Origin: Amoebidium appalachense | Lineage: Eukaryota > Protista > Ichthyosporea | Length of the DNA stretch: 64,000 nt | NCBI GenBank assembly: GCA_963693365.1 | Contig: CAVNZM010000003.1 | Span: 5,452,472 to 5,516,471, forward strand | Direction: 5' to 3' | In this document: positions 1 to 14,769 of the stretch, in pieces | Numbering within the stretch: position 1 is the first letter of the stretch | How the letters are laid out: each line of letters opens with the position of its first letter | The notes under the pieces: model-generated | The model's database searches: none | Told to the model about the DNA's origin: nothing | The model's input: the letters and a program-made list of their open reading frames with translations, nothing else | Position numbers and translations under genes: made by a program

Positions 1-1707
1 CGTCCCTGGTTTCCACGTTCCACCCCCTCCGGCTCCGACCCCACCCATGCCACCTCTCCGTCGTTCAGCTCGACTGCAAGGAAAGCTCGGTCTTCAGGCT
101 TCCATTCCCCTACCAGTTCCCCAACCTCCCACCATCAACATTGACCAGCTGCCCAAACCTGTCCGTCAACTGTGCTCCGGCCCTAACGGAGACAAGGTAC
201 AGGCTGCTATGACTGCTGAATACCAAGCCTTCGTCGACAAAGGCATTTTTGACCTCGTCGATCCCCCCCCGGTGCCAACATCGTCGGTTTCAAGTGGATT
301 GTCTTTGAGAAAACACTCAACTCAGCTGGTAACACCAAGATCAAGGCCCGTGGTGTTGCTCAAGGCTTCAGTCAGGAGTTCGGTGTTGACTATGAGTTGA
401 CTGAGAGCCCCGTCATCCGTCCAGCTGCTCTCCGTGCCCTCCTGGCTCTTGTCGTCGTCCAGGGCCATGAAATTCACCAACTCGACGTGTCCACGGCCTT
501 CCTTAACAGCCCACTCACCGAGACCATCTACATGAAACAGCCCCCCGGGTTCATCACCATGGCTACCTTCGGCAAGGTGTGGAAACTCAAGAAAGCTCTC
601 TACGGTCTGAAGCAAGCCTCGAAGGCTTGGTATGACTTCCTTGACGGCATTCTTCTGGCCCACGGTCTACTCAAAACCAAGACTGACCCGTGCATCTACC
701 TCCGGTTCTTCCCCAACCAAGATGTTGTCCGTGCTGGCAACTATGTGGATGACTCCACCATCACCAACACCCGTGGTTCTGATGCTGCCCGGCGTGACCT
801 GGCTGCTCACATCGGCAAGATGGCCAGCTGCCGGATGAGCCCGTTCGATCGTATGCTCGGTGTTGATTTTCACCACTCCGGCCCTCACCACCTTCACATG
901 CACCAGAAGTCCTACATCATGGACATCATCCACGACTTCAACCTCACCGATGCTAAGTCCAAGGCCACCCCGATCCCTGCCGGTACCAACGTATCTCTGG
1001 CTGACTGCCCACCCCAACCGTTCACCGTTCCCTACCGTGAGCTACTCGGCCGTCTTCTATGGGTTGCACGATGCACCCGTCCTGACATTGCCTATGCTAT
1101 TGGGTTCCTCGGCCGATTCAGCAGTAACCCTGGCAAGGCTCACTGGGACCTCCTCCGTCGTGTGGCAAGGTACCTCCTCGGCACCATCGATCTGGGTGTT
1201 GACTACAAGTACACGGCCACCCAGGACCCCATCCTTGTGTGCTACACCGATGCTGACTTTGCTGGGTGTATCGACAGCAAGAAGTCCACCACAGGCTTTG
1301 CCATCACCTTTGCTGATATGCCTATCGTCTGGTACTCCAAACTTCAACCCATCACGGCCACCAGCACCACGGAGGCTGAGCTGATAGCTCTCAATGCCGG
1401 CACCCAGGAGGTTGTGTGGCTACGTGACCTCTTCAAGGAGCTCGGTTATCCGATGCCTGCCCCCACCCCGGTGTACTGCGACAACCAGTCCACCATTGCT
1501 ATCGTCAACTCCACCGGCATCAAACACCGTACCAAACACATTGCCGTCCGTTACCACAACACCAAGGACTACATTGCAAGTGGGGATGTGGTGGTCAACT
1601 ACGTCGAGTCTGCCAACAACTTGGCTGACATCCTCACCAAGCCTCTACCGGGTCCCAGCCACGTCACTCACCGTGACCGGCTCTGTGTGCCCGACCTTGT
1701 GCAGTGA
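1..1707 (+). mobile_element. Ty1/Copia pol 3' portion (RT + RNase H), frameshift at C-run ~263-270
   Basis: Copia RT/RH motifs: AAMTAEY, KARGVAQGFSQ, HQLDVSTAFLN, LKKALYGLKQA, YVDD, TRPDIAYA, YTDADFAG, STTEAE, CDNQS, RTKHI, NLADILTK. Two frames join across the C-run (DPPP/GANIVGFKW). 5' part lies outside the window. Confidence 0.95.
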
Positions 1708-1798
1708 TCATCGTGTGGTCTTCTACTACAGCTGGGGCCCTGGACAGCAGCTTCATCTACTCTGCTTCCCAGTTGGAACGTCTACTACTTCGTTAGTT

Positions 1799-1938
1799 GT
1801 GTCTAAACATTGATGTCTGTTCTGTACACTTCTCCGATCGTTTCTGTGTGTGGTTGTGTGTGTACCTGCGGTGTTTTTACACTGCACCACTGTGTCTCTG
1901 CTTCCCCGACATAGTCAGAATACTTATATAATTTTTCA
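1799..1938 (+). mobile_element. 3' end fragment of an LTR (internally deleted 3' LTR of the left Copia)
   Basis: Clearly similar to 17622-17754, the 3' end of the TSD-flanked solo LTR (gtgtctaaacattgatgtctgtt...cactgcaccactgtgtctctgctt...aatacttata..aattt..CA). No PPT or LTR 5' part is visible between the pol stop and this segment. Confidence 0.7.
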
Positions 1939-3713
<1,775 letters not shown>

Positions 3714-3759
3714 CTGCAAAAAAAATAAAAAAATGAATACGCTTAGTCACAACGCGATT

Positions 3760-6002
3760 ATTATATTATCCGGAACATCCACCCCCCAAGCGAATAATAT
3801 ATTCGCTTGGGGTTGTAATCTCGGTGCGAGTGAATATTATATTCGCTCGCATCCTGATTATCCATCCCCCCAAGCGAATATAATATTCGCTCGCATGCTG
3901 ATGATCCAACCCCAAGCGAATATAATATTCGCTCGAATCCTGATGATCTAACCCCAAGCGAATATAATATTCGCTCGAATCCTGATGATCTAACCCCCAA
4001 GCGAATATAATATACGCTCGAATCCTGATGATCCAACCCCAAGCGAATATAATATTCGCTCGAATCCTGATGATCTAACCCCAAGCGAATATAATATTTG
4101 CTCCAATCGATCCGAGCGAATATTATATTCGCGCGGATCTTGATTATCCAACCAATCGATCCGAGCGAATATTACATTCGCTTGGGGTTGTAATGTCGGT
4201 GCGAGTGAATATTATATTCGCTCGCATCCTGATTATCCATCCCCCCAAGCGAATATAAAATTCGCTCGCATGCTGATGATCCAACCCCCAAGCGAATATA
4301 ATATTCGCTCGAATCCTGATGATCCAACCCCCAAGCGAATATAATATTCGCTCCAATCGATCCGAGCGAATATTATATTCGCGCGGATCTTGCAATCGAT
4401 CCGAGCGAATATTATATTCGCTTGGGGTTGTAATCAGGGTGCGAGCGAGTATTATATTCGCTCGCATTTATCCATCCCCCCAAGCGACTATAATATTCGC
4501 TCGGATCCTGATGATCCAACCCCAAGCGAATATACTATTCGCTCGAATCCTGATGATCTAACCCCAAGCGAATATAATATTCGCTCGAATCCTGATGATC
4601 TAACCCCCAAGCGAATATAATATACGCTCGAATCCTGATGATCCAACCCCAAGCGAATATAATATTCGCTCGAATCCTGATGATCTAACCCCAAGCGAAT
4701 ATGATATTCGCTCCAATCGATCCGAGCGAATATTATATTCGCGCGGATCATGATTATCCAACCAATCGATCCGAGCGAATATTACATTCGCTTGGGGTTG
4801 TAATGTCGGTGCGAGTGAATATTATATTCGCTCGCATCCTGATTATGCATCCCCCCAAGCGAATATAAAATTCGCTCGCATGCTGATGATCCAACCCCCA
4901 AGCGAATATAATATTCGCTCGAATCCTGATGATCCAAACCCCAAGCGAATATAATATTCGCTCCAATCGATCCGAGCGAATATTATATTCGCGCGGATCT
5001 TGATTATCCAACCAATCGATCTGAGCGAATGTTATATTCGCTTGGGGTTGTAATCAGGGTGCGAGCGAGTATTATATTCGCTCGCATCTATCCATCCCCC
5101 CAAGCGAATATAATATTCGCTCTGATCCTGATGATCCAACCCCCAAGCGAATATAATATTCGCTCGCATCCTCATTATCTACCCAATCGAACCGAGCGAA
5201 TATTATATTCGCTTGGCGATAATATTCGCTCGCATTTATCCATCCCCCCAAGCGAATATTATATTCGCGCGGATCTTGATTATCCAACCAATCGATCCGA
5301 GCGAATATTATATTCGCTTGGGGGTTGTAATCATGGAGCGAGCGAATGTTATATTCGCTCGCATCCTGATGATCCAACCCCCAAGCGAATATAATATTCG
5401 CTCGCATCCTGATGATCCAACCCCCAAGCGAATATACTATTCGCTCGAATCCTGATGATCTAACCCCAAGCGAATGTAATATTCGCTCCGATCGATCCGA
5501 GCGAATATTATATTCGCGCGGATCTTGATTATCTAACCAATCGATCCGAGCGAATATTATATTCGGTTGGGGGTTGTAATCAGGGTGCGAGCGAATGTTA
5601 TATTCGCTCGCATTTATCCATCCCCCCAAGCGAATATAATATTCGCTCGCATCCTGATGATCCAACCCCCAAGCGAATATAATATTCGCTTGAATCCTGA
5701 TGATCCAACCCCCCAAGCGAATATAATATTCGCTCGCATACACATTATCTAACCAATCGATCCGAGCGAATATTATATTCGCTTGGGGGGTTGTAATCAG
5801 GGTGCGAGCGAATATTAATAATATATTATTATGTTATAATAACAATATAATATTAGATTCGCTCGCATCCTGACTATGCATCCGCCAGGCGAATATATAT
5901 ATATATATATATAAATCGCTTCTGAGTATCCAACTCCCAAGCGAATATAATATTCGCTCGGATCCTGAGTATCCACCCGATCCAAGCGAATATTATACGC
6001 GA
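3760..6002. repeat. Palindrome array 1: roughly 55 units of ~38-42 bp, core GCGAATAT(A/T)ATATTCGC, in both orientations
   Basis: Forward caagcgaatataatattcgctcg and its reverse complement cgagcgaatattatattcgcttg are interspersed. Linkers are aatcctgatgatccaaccc / gggttgtaatcagggtg. Higher-order duplication with ~610 bp offset (4101 vs 4711). Confidence 0.95.
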
Positions 6003-7163
6003 GTATCCAAAACATTCCTTGGGAGCAACTATTAAATTCACTTGAACATAGGTAAAATGTGAGCGTGATTTAAAATTTAAATTTTTTTAAATGTTAATTT
6101 CTCTACAGTGATTGGTTTAATTATCGAATGCTGTTCGCTACACCAATCGTTTCTATAATCTATGTTTTATGTTTTTTCGCTCGATCTGGAACCCAATCAT
6201 ATTTGACCTTCTCATTCGTTGTCACGTGCTCATCTGATAACAGGAATAAATTACTATACCGGTAGCTTCGCACATCTTCCCTTGTTACTCAGTACATCAT
6301 TGCATGACGTTGGTATTAAGCTTTTAATTTGTATAGCAAATTTCTGTTGTTTACGCAGCGAGGCAGAGCAAGAGACAGCTTGCAATATACAAAGCACGGC
6401 TTAGTGGATTAATAGCATCTTAACATCACACCTGCTGTATTCTTCGCTGATTCATGTTTGTTCTGCTCTGTTCTTTCTGATGTGATTGCCATTTCATAAA
6501 GTATGGCGTAATGTTGTATCATGCAGCATGCAGAATGGCGGGTACTAAACTCGAGTCAGAAAGGTGCTTTGATCATGTGCACTGCAGCCTAGATGTACAA
6601 TACGCTACAATGGAAACAATTGGACCCAAAATAACCTGAATCAACCATGGTTCAGTGCAGTCCAGGCAATCGCCTTCTTCAACGTAAAGCTGGAACCACA
6701 TCAGGGTAAGTTTTTCATGAAAAGAATGAAAACATGAACACTGGAAAGGATAACCGTGCACAATGACTCTACGGAGACAAAAGCTTACCTTACATAAGTG
6801 AAGCGTTGACCAGCGCACACAGGGACCTTGATGTATTACAAAGCTGATCACAAAGACAACTCGCGATGATGTCGACCGAACAGTTAAGTGGGAAACAAAA
6901 AAAAAAAAAAAAAAAAAAAAATTGTACACCGCGCGAGTTCGGATTACTGGGTTACTGGGAAAGGATCTGGCGGTTGACATCATTCATTCATATACTACCC
7001 ATTTTAACGCCCGCATGGCGTTTGCCGATTGATTGTCAGAGGCGGCAAAATCGTATTTGTTTTAAGTTTTTAAATTTAGTATAAATTCGATCCAACCAAT
7101 GAAAATTGTTAACACGAAGGCGATTTATATAATGTTTTAAACGCTAATATCTAACCTGATTTT

Positions 7164-8460
7164 GAGCGCATATTATATTCCCATCCTCAAGCGCATATTA
7201 TATTCGCTTGACGCCACCTGTGCACGAGCCATCCTGAAGCGCATATTATATTCGCTTGACGCATGCCATGCTCCTGCCATCCTGAAGCGCATATTATATT
7301 CGCTTGACGCATGCCATGCTCCTGCCATCCTGAAGCGCATATTATATTCGCTTGACGCATGCCATTGGTCATGCCATCCTGAAGCGCATATTAAATTCGC
7401 TTGACGCATGCCATGCTCCTGCCATCCTGAAGCGCATATTATATTCGCTTGACGCATGCCATTGGTCATGCCATCCTGAAGCGCATATTAAATTCGCTTG
7501 ACGCATGCCATGCTCATGCCATCCTGAAGCGCATATTAGATTCGCTTGACGCCACCTATGCACGTGCCATCCTGAAGCGCATGTTATATTCGCTTGACGC
7601 ATGCCATGCTCATGCCATCCTGAAGCGCATAATTATTATTATATTCGCTTGACGCATGCTATTGGTCATGCCATCCTGAAGCGCATATTATATTCGCTTG
7701 ACGCATGCCATTGGTCATGCCATCCTGAAGCGCATATTAAATTCGCTTGACGCATGCCATGCTCCTGCCATCCTGAAGCGCATATTATATTCGCTTGACG
7801 CATGCCATTGGTCATGCCATCCTGAAGCGCATATTAAATTCGCTTGACGCATGCCATGCTCATGCCATCCTGAAGCTGCGCATATTAGATTCGCTTGACG
7901 CCACCTATGCACGTGCCATCCTGAAGCGCATGTTATATTCGCTTGACGCATGCCATGCTCATGCCATCCTGAAGCGCATATTATATTCGCTTGACGCATG
8001 CTATTGGTCATGCCATCCTGAAGCGCATATTATATTCGCTTGACGCATGCCATTGGTCATGCCATCCTGAAGCGCATATTATATTCGCTTGACGCATGCC
8101 ATTGGTCATGCCATCCTCAAGCGCATATTAAATTCGCTTGACGCATGCCATGCTCATGCCATCCTGAAGCGCATATTAGATTCGCTTGACGCCACCTATG
8201 CACGTGCCATCCTGAAGTGCATATTATATTCGCTTGACGCATGCCATGCTCATGCCATCCTGAAGCGCATATTATATTCGCTTGACGCATGCCATTGGTC
8301 AAGCCATCCTCGCGCGCATGTTATATTCGCTTGACGCATGCCACTGGTCATGCCATCCTGAAGCGCATTTTATATTCACTTGACGTTGCTATGCACGTGC
8401 CATCCTGAAGCGCATATTATATTCGCTTGACGTTGCTATGCACGTGCCATCCTGATGCGA
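7164..8460 (+). repeat. Palindrome-derived array 2: about 27 head-to-tail 48-49 bp units
   Basis: Unit ccatcctgaagcgcatattatattcgcttgacgcatgcca[tgctcctg|ttggtcatg|tgctcatg] plus a variant gccacctatgcacgtg. Core GCGCATATTATATTCGC differs from the array 1 core by one base. Confidence 0.95.
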
Positions 8461-8584
8461 TTGACGCTTGTCATGACATATGGATATCATGATGGTTATG
8501 ATAATAATGTTGCGTTGGAGTGTGCATGCTTTCTTTTCACATGTTTGGTGTGTGCATATCTTAACCAGGCTTTACCTTGTTACA

Positions 8585-11500
8585 GGGATTGTCTTCCATA
8601 ATCCCGACGGAAACGACTTGTTCGTGAATGCCCTGGGTAACGTCAACTTTGGATACATTGGTGCCTTGGTTGCCATGAAGGTGGTTGACGGCCCTGGTTG
8701 TGGAGTTAAGTTCAAAAATACTGCCCACGAAGACTATGTCAAGCAAGAGGTGGCTGTGTTGGCATGGCTTTGCGATAGGGCGTATGCCCTTTTTTTCGAC
8801 AACAGATCGGCCAAATCAGCTATTCGCCGGAAGTGCAGCAAAGGCTTCCATTTCCAATGCCAAGAAGGCGCTGTCTTCTATTCAGGGTATGTGTATGTCT
8901 TTGTGTTATATACATGTACACTTAAAATTCGATTCTAATAGTCCGTTCTCCAGGTCAGACCGTCGACGGCTCACGAAATCATTGGGAAAGAAGTCGCCAC
9001 CTCGCCGTGTCCTGTTTTTTTCACAGGTCATGGAACGCCTTGCGGAGTGTCATACCGGCGGGGGTTTGGGGCATGTTGGACGGGATGCGATGATGGCGGA
9101 CTTCCATCGCAAGTACTTTGTGTTTTGCAACGCAAAGACGCTAGTGTCCGCCTACATTAGTCGGTGCTTCTCGTGCACCGCGCACTCCACAACCCTGGGC
9201 CCAACAACCAGAAAAGTGATCGTGGCTAATCTGCCTGGACATATTGTAAGTCTGTCATTGATACCATCACTTAATTTTCGTCTTGTCATAGCACGGTTTT
9301 AGATGACACATGCATGCTTGTGTGAAACGCATATGTACTCAATGTTTTATCCGTATGATTCCGTGCTCAGGCCATGCCTCAAGCCATTATTAGATTCCCT
9401 TGACCCTTGCCGTGCTCATGCCATCCTGAAGGGAATACTATATTCCCTTGCCGCTTGTTCCCTTGCCACTTGCTCCCTTATGCTTCTTTGATACCAAATT
9501 GAGACCCACCTGGCTCTTCTGACTGTTTCATGTCAGGTGGTAATGGATTTTTCTTGTTATTGGGCAAAGAGGCTACCATGAAAGACCCCGTTACTGGCTT
9601 CACCAAGATGAGCCTTGCGACAGACCACCTTTCAAAGTTCACTGTGGGGATTCCCACTGCATCCGAGGACTCCAACACCGCCATCCGAACTTTGCAGGCC
9701 ATGATGAAGGTGACCCCGGTTAGGGAGGTTTGGGTTGACGGCGGTGGTGCTTATGTCAGCAACGAATTTCGCGCGTTTTGCGATGAGAACAACAATGATT
9801 TCGTTCCGGCAACGCAGTACCACCCTCAAACTAAGGGCGTAGTGGAGCGTATCCATCGAACCATCAGGAAACTGTTGGCATCCGCGATGCTGGCAGGCAG
9901 GGATGTCAAGGAGGGGTACACTCTTCCTGGGCGACTGTTTGATCAGGTGTTGCATCAATATAACACAAAGTATCATTCGGTTCTGAAGGCGACCCCATGC
10001 GAGGTTATGATGGGTCGTGAATCAGGTTCTGTCCGCGCCATGGGCAGGGATCACCATAACCGTCTACTGGCGGAGATGAGACGGAATATCATTCGGAGCG
10101 GTTCCAGGTTCCACAAGGATACCACGGTCAAGCTACCAGAATTGTCCGTCGGTGATTACGTTATCGTCAACACCGGTGTGAGGGATTGCACCAAGGCGCG
10201 TAGTACCCTCAGACCGGTGTGGGGGGCATATGTGTGTGAGGTGAAGGCACAGAGATCTCCATTCACATACACGGTGGAGATTCTGGCCTCAAAGGCCAAA
10301 CATCCGGGTTCCACCATTGTTGCTGGATCCACGACGGTCTTCCACATCAGGTAATGTTTCAGGCCTGGCCTTGAATGTGCGTCTGCTATTATGGCAGGAT
10401 CATCTTTTTTGCTTTGCCGTATAACATACTGTCAACAGCATAGTTCACTGATGGGATTTTATGCAGAGACATCAAGCCGGTTCCATCCAGCTTCAGACCC
10501 GACGACATGGAGCGGTACCTCGTCCATACAATCGGCGACCCGACATATGTTGTTGATTGCGTGTTCGGTCGCAGAACCATTGTAGATGACAAAGGGGACT
10601 TGTACGACCAGGTTTTAGTTAAATGGCGTGGATTTCCCTTTTCCCAATGTACTTGGGAGGATCCTGGTGAAGTTATGCCCCCCAACACAGGGGCACCCAC
10701 TTGCGATGAACAAGATGTGGATGGCAACGACATTCCATTAGCATTACGTGGTCTGAAAGATTTCAGTAGCTACACGGATGCAAAAATGGAAACGGTCCTT
10801 CGTACACTGGATGCCAATGGCGGGTTGGACGACACGGACTTTGCAAATGGTAGTGTTCCAGTTGCCACCATGTTTACCACTGTGACATCCAATCAACGTA
10901 AGCCCGTGCGTCCATCAAAACCGACACTGTCGCACCCGGCAGGTACACCAGTGCGCTCTGAGCCAGAACACAACACAGGGTCGTCGGATCCAGCTTCGCC
11001 AATTTCGTCGTCGAGTTTTACCAGTGCAGGTGACGGCGCCCCGTCACAAGTACCACTTTCTTCGGCAATGGCACAACCGCCCCATAAGCGTGCCAAGGTG
11101 ACACTGGAGCCCGAGGTAACTGACTTAACGTCGTATACAATTGCAACCCTTGCCCCACTGTGCCCATCCCCGTCTCTCTCCGGTCAAAATAGCCCGGGAA
11201 TGTCAGTGAGTCTGTGTTTACACACTACAGCAACAGCGCAGACCCAGTTTATGACGTCACCCCCGTGCCGATGGATGCTTTCTCATTCAACAGCACCCAC
11301 CAGTGTCGCCGGTCCCATCAACTAATGATTGCAACCCTTGCCCCACTGTGCCCATCCCCGTCTCTCTCCGGTCAAAATAGCCCGGGAATGTCAGTGAGTC
11401 TGTGTTTACACACTACAGCAACAGCGCAGACCCAGTTTATGACGTCACCCCCGTGCCGATGGATGCTTTCTCATTCAACAGCAACGCCACCTTTAGTTTC

Positions 11501-12571
11501 CGTCCAAGATTTTCATGGGAAATGAATTTCTGTTTCATCATCACCGTATTGGACGGATTAAACTGTGGGCTGATAAAATCCAACGTGCCACCTTTACATC
11601 TTAAGCCAACCGGACTGGACGTTTGGGACCGGATGATTGCTGCCTTAAAGCACCGCGAGAAGCATACAGCAAATATCCGGGCCATTGCTCATCGATTGGC
11701 ACGGGTGTGGAAGGTAACACGATACAGGATTGGGGACATAAGTTCAACGGACAAGTTGTTTGACGCGCTTCAATGTGACATTAGCGGTTCGGATTACCTC
11801 ACGGGTGTCCCGCTGGATGGGTCTAGTCGTCCGCTATTCCGAGACAACGTGGTACCCCCTCACATGACAATCATAACCGCTACATGCGTTAAATGCACTG
11901 GCGTGTGTACGCGTGTGTTGTGTTCCATCGATGCCGAGCTTCGCACCCGACGTCGCCGTGAAAGGATGGACCACAAGGAGATTTACATTGTCAATCCCAT
12001 AGAAAACATAGCGGGTACCCACTTCTTCGATGGCGACTGCACTGAATATGGCAGGGAATTTCAAAGCCCAACCTCGGTTTGCACAACGTGCAATTCCAAG
12101 GGTACGGTGCGGGGCAACGTTTTAATACTTCCTAGAATTCTCTTCGTCCACATGTCAGTGCAATCCGTGCCGCCTGTTCATGTCATGAATTGCGTAAACT
12201 TTATGGGGCGCCAATACCATCTTGCCTACATTGGTTTTCACAAACCAGGACACTTTTTCGGTGTGGCACCCGCATTCACATGGAAAAACGGGAGACCATA
12301 TCATCTCCACTGCGACGGTTTCGGTATGACCACGGAAAAACCAGACACTGAGCTATGGGAGAGCAACACGGGACCTACCAATGTCTCTGTCCAAATGTCT
12401 CGGGAAGGTGGCGAGTGCGAAGGCTGGTGCCCATTATATGTTAAGTTGAATTGGGCACGCATTAAGGATGTGCATCTCAACTTCATGGTGTCTGTGCCCG
12501 CGCAGGAACCACTGTTAGGCGTGGGCTCCCGCAAACTGACGTATGCTAAGTCAACTGTGGATGTAGTGTAG
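8585..12571 (+). CDS. Spliced Ginger/chromovirus-like DDE integrase with HHCC Zn finger, chromodomain and C-terminal USP-like cysteine peptidase; disrupted (exons ~8585-8886, 8954-9245, 9537-10350, 10467-~11300, ~11400-12571)
   Basis: HHCC: CHTGGGLGHVGRD...YISRCFSC. First D in GHI|VVMDF (needs +1 nt in the T-run at ~9548). VWVDGG...VVERIHRTIR has exact D(35)E spacing. FHIR|DIKP precedes chromodomain YVVDCVFGRR...VLVKWRGFPFSQCTWE. USP-like Cys box (WEMNFCFIITVL), two CxxC, His box (YHLAYIGFHKPGHF...CDG). No gag/RT. Start codon not located. Confidence 0.8.
11140..11483 (+). repeat. 156-bp direct duplication (11140-11295 and 11328-11483)
   Basis: attgcaacccttgcccc...tctcattcaacagca occurs twice, offset 188 bp, between the chromodomain and USP-like regions. 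Confidence 0.9.
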
Positions 12572-12589
12572 ACGACCTTGTGGATATCG

Positions 12590-12623
<34 letters not shown>

Positions 12624-13165
12624 GGGGGCTTTTTTTTTTTTTTTTGCTGCCAACATGCCATTATCGTTTGAACTGGAATGAAGGACATAATGCCTGCTCG
12701 TATTTAAATACACCATGAATGTGCTGGTTGCATGCTGTCTGGATTTATTTCATGTAGGTGTATAAGTATAAGATCAAGATTGAAAATTATGCATAGAAGA
12801 TGATTTACGAATATAACATTGAATTGGCTGCTGTGTATGGTTCTTTAACGTAGTGACAACTAAAACATACAAAATATATATGCTGTCCGCCGGCGGGGGG
12901 GTTTTATTCCATGTGAGCGGTACTTAGTCTATGTGAACCCAATTTAACATTGTGACGTAAGAATGATTAAGAATACAAGACGATTACGACTATATTATAA
13001 TGGTGTATTATGGATTCTGTAACGTGTAAATGCAATGGCGATAAATACATACAAACCACATGATACTACACCATTTGCAACGAGTTGGTAAAATCCTGCT
13101 GTCAGTGGCCATGATTTCTTTTCGACCAACACACAAAGCTACAAGCTCAGGACACTTTAATGATT

Positions 13166-13373
13166 ATACCACAACCCCCCCCCCCCCCCCCCTCTGGTCC
13201 CCCCCCCCGAACACATCATTTGCACCAAGAGGATAAAAAACTGGTAACAGTAGACATGATTTTTATACCACAACCCCCCCCCCCCCCCCTGGTCCCCCCC
13301 CCCCCCCCCCCCCCCCCGAACACATCATTTGCACCAAGAGGATAAAAAACTGGTAACAGTAGACATGATTTTT
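13166..13373 (+). repeat. Two-copy direct repeat (~100 bp) containing C-runs
   Basis: ataccacaa(C)n...gaacacatcatttgcaccaagaggataaaaaactggtaacagtagacatgattttt occurs twice. Confidence 0.85.
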
Positions 13374-13637
13374 TTCCCAACACATGTCATAAGCTAAGGT
13401 CACGACAATGATTGTTTATTATGCACACACAGTTTCTCCCACAACGTCATACAAACCTACCGACCCCCCCATGTCACCCAGGGTAGTAGGGGGGAGGGGG
13501 GGGGGGGTGCATTTTGGCCTGCCCGATATTCCCCCTAGACCAGTCAAATTTGACGACCTGGATTTTAATTAGAGATGACGACACTTTGGCCTGGACGACA
13601 CTTTGGCCTGCAACACCCCCCCCCCCCCCCCCCCCCC

Positions 13638-14373
13638 GTATCTCTCTCTCTCCCTTGTTTCTGTGTGCACAGATATCTGTAGATCTGTGCACACCTGGCT
13701 CTCTTGCCTGATAGAACTTATTGTATTTTATTTCTGTTTGCTCTCCTCTGTTTATCTGAGAGGTAGCGTGATTGGCTAGCTACATTCGTAGTCTTTGTTT
13801 TATTTCAAAGTGGCTTAGTTTTAGTTCTCAATAGGATGACTCGCCAATAGTCGCGAGCGAGTACATCTATAGATCGTGTTGTGCATTCCTGTCTATTAAT
13901 ATACGTGTTGTGATTGGACACAATAGAGATGTATGGAATTCGGTTTATTGTAATGTGTCTTCACTTTGAGAGTGTCGACTATTAGGAAATATTTTTTTTT
14001 AAATGAGTTTCTTTATAGAGACGAGTATAAATATATATGTGCATTAATAGTGTAAGATATATAATTACTTAATTTATTTAACTTACGGTAAGAGTTTCTA
14101 AACTTTAGTTAGGTCGGAAGTTGGAATGTGTATGCTCTGTCGGAATGTGTTTTTCTATCATCTGATAGAACCGATTGGTTCTCCCCCTTTAGTTGAGATA
14201 AGATGATAAGTCGCAAGTAGAAAAAGAACCGAGAGCACAATAAAGGATCAGTTGTTGTTTGAAATCTTTCAATGTGTCGTGAACAACTCCGATTGCCCTC
14301 TCTTTATGGTGTTGGTCGTGTTTTACATGACACCTCTGTGCACTCTGCTCCCTTAGACCCGTACAAAACAACA
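13638..14373 (+). mobile_element. LTR (5' end not defined), truncating the adjacent AP2 gene copy
   Basis: 3' end tctgtgcactctgct.ccc...acaaaacaACA matches the 3' end of the Copia LTR at 60935-61685(-). AP2-coding homology starts exactly at 14374. No upstream TSD found. Confidence 0.6.
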
Positions 14374-14769
14374 CTGACAGAGGAGGAATTAAAAGGCGGA
14401 GAATATATCGGGGTGACAAGGGATATGAGAAGAAAACTACCATATGTCGTCAATGTGAGTGCTGGTAGATTTTTTCATGACGTAAAACTTCAAGCGGACG
14501 TGTGGGAACTGCATAAGCAACCCCTTAAAAAACCTCGTGTCGGGTGTTTTCCGACAGCGATCGAGGCAGCACAGGCATACGATATTTATGTTTTGGGCCA
14601 GTGGGCAAAGGCGCTGGAGCCAAAAGGGCCTCTGCCCCCAACCAACTTTAGCCCCACGAGGCACGGGTACAGTCTGATGGATCCACCAATAGCAGCATAC
14701 AGGGTGAGATCAATCGAATCAGATCAGCTTAGTACACCTAGAGAGAGAGGACACCCACCCACTAAATAG
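14374..14769 (+). pseudogene. 5'-truncated AP2-domain gene fragment
   Basis: YIGVTRD...RVGCFPTAIEAAQAYD...PPTNF is AP2-like and a close paralog of 18136-18485(-). Confidence 0.75.

Noticed and set aside
3761-8334. ORFs of the RANIIFA / KRILYSL type
   Set aside because: Translations of the tandem arrays in several frames on both strands.
3760-8460. CRISPR array interpretation of the palindromic repeats
   Set aside because: Linkers are short (~20-30 bp), recurrent and mutually similar rather than unique spacers; no cas genes; eukaryotic context.
13518-13615. gacgacactttggcct x2 ending ...GCAACA as a possible right terminus of the Ginger-like element
   Set aside because: No matching left end or TSD in the window, so it cannot be assigned.
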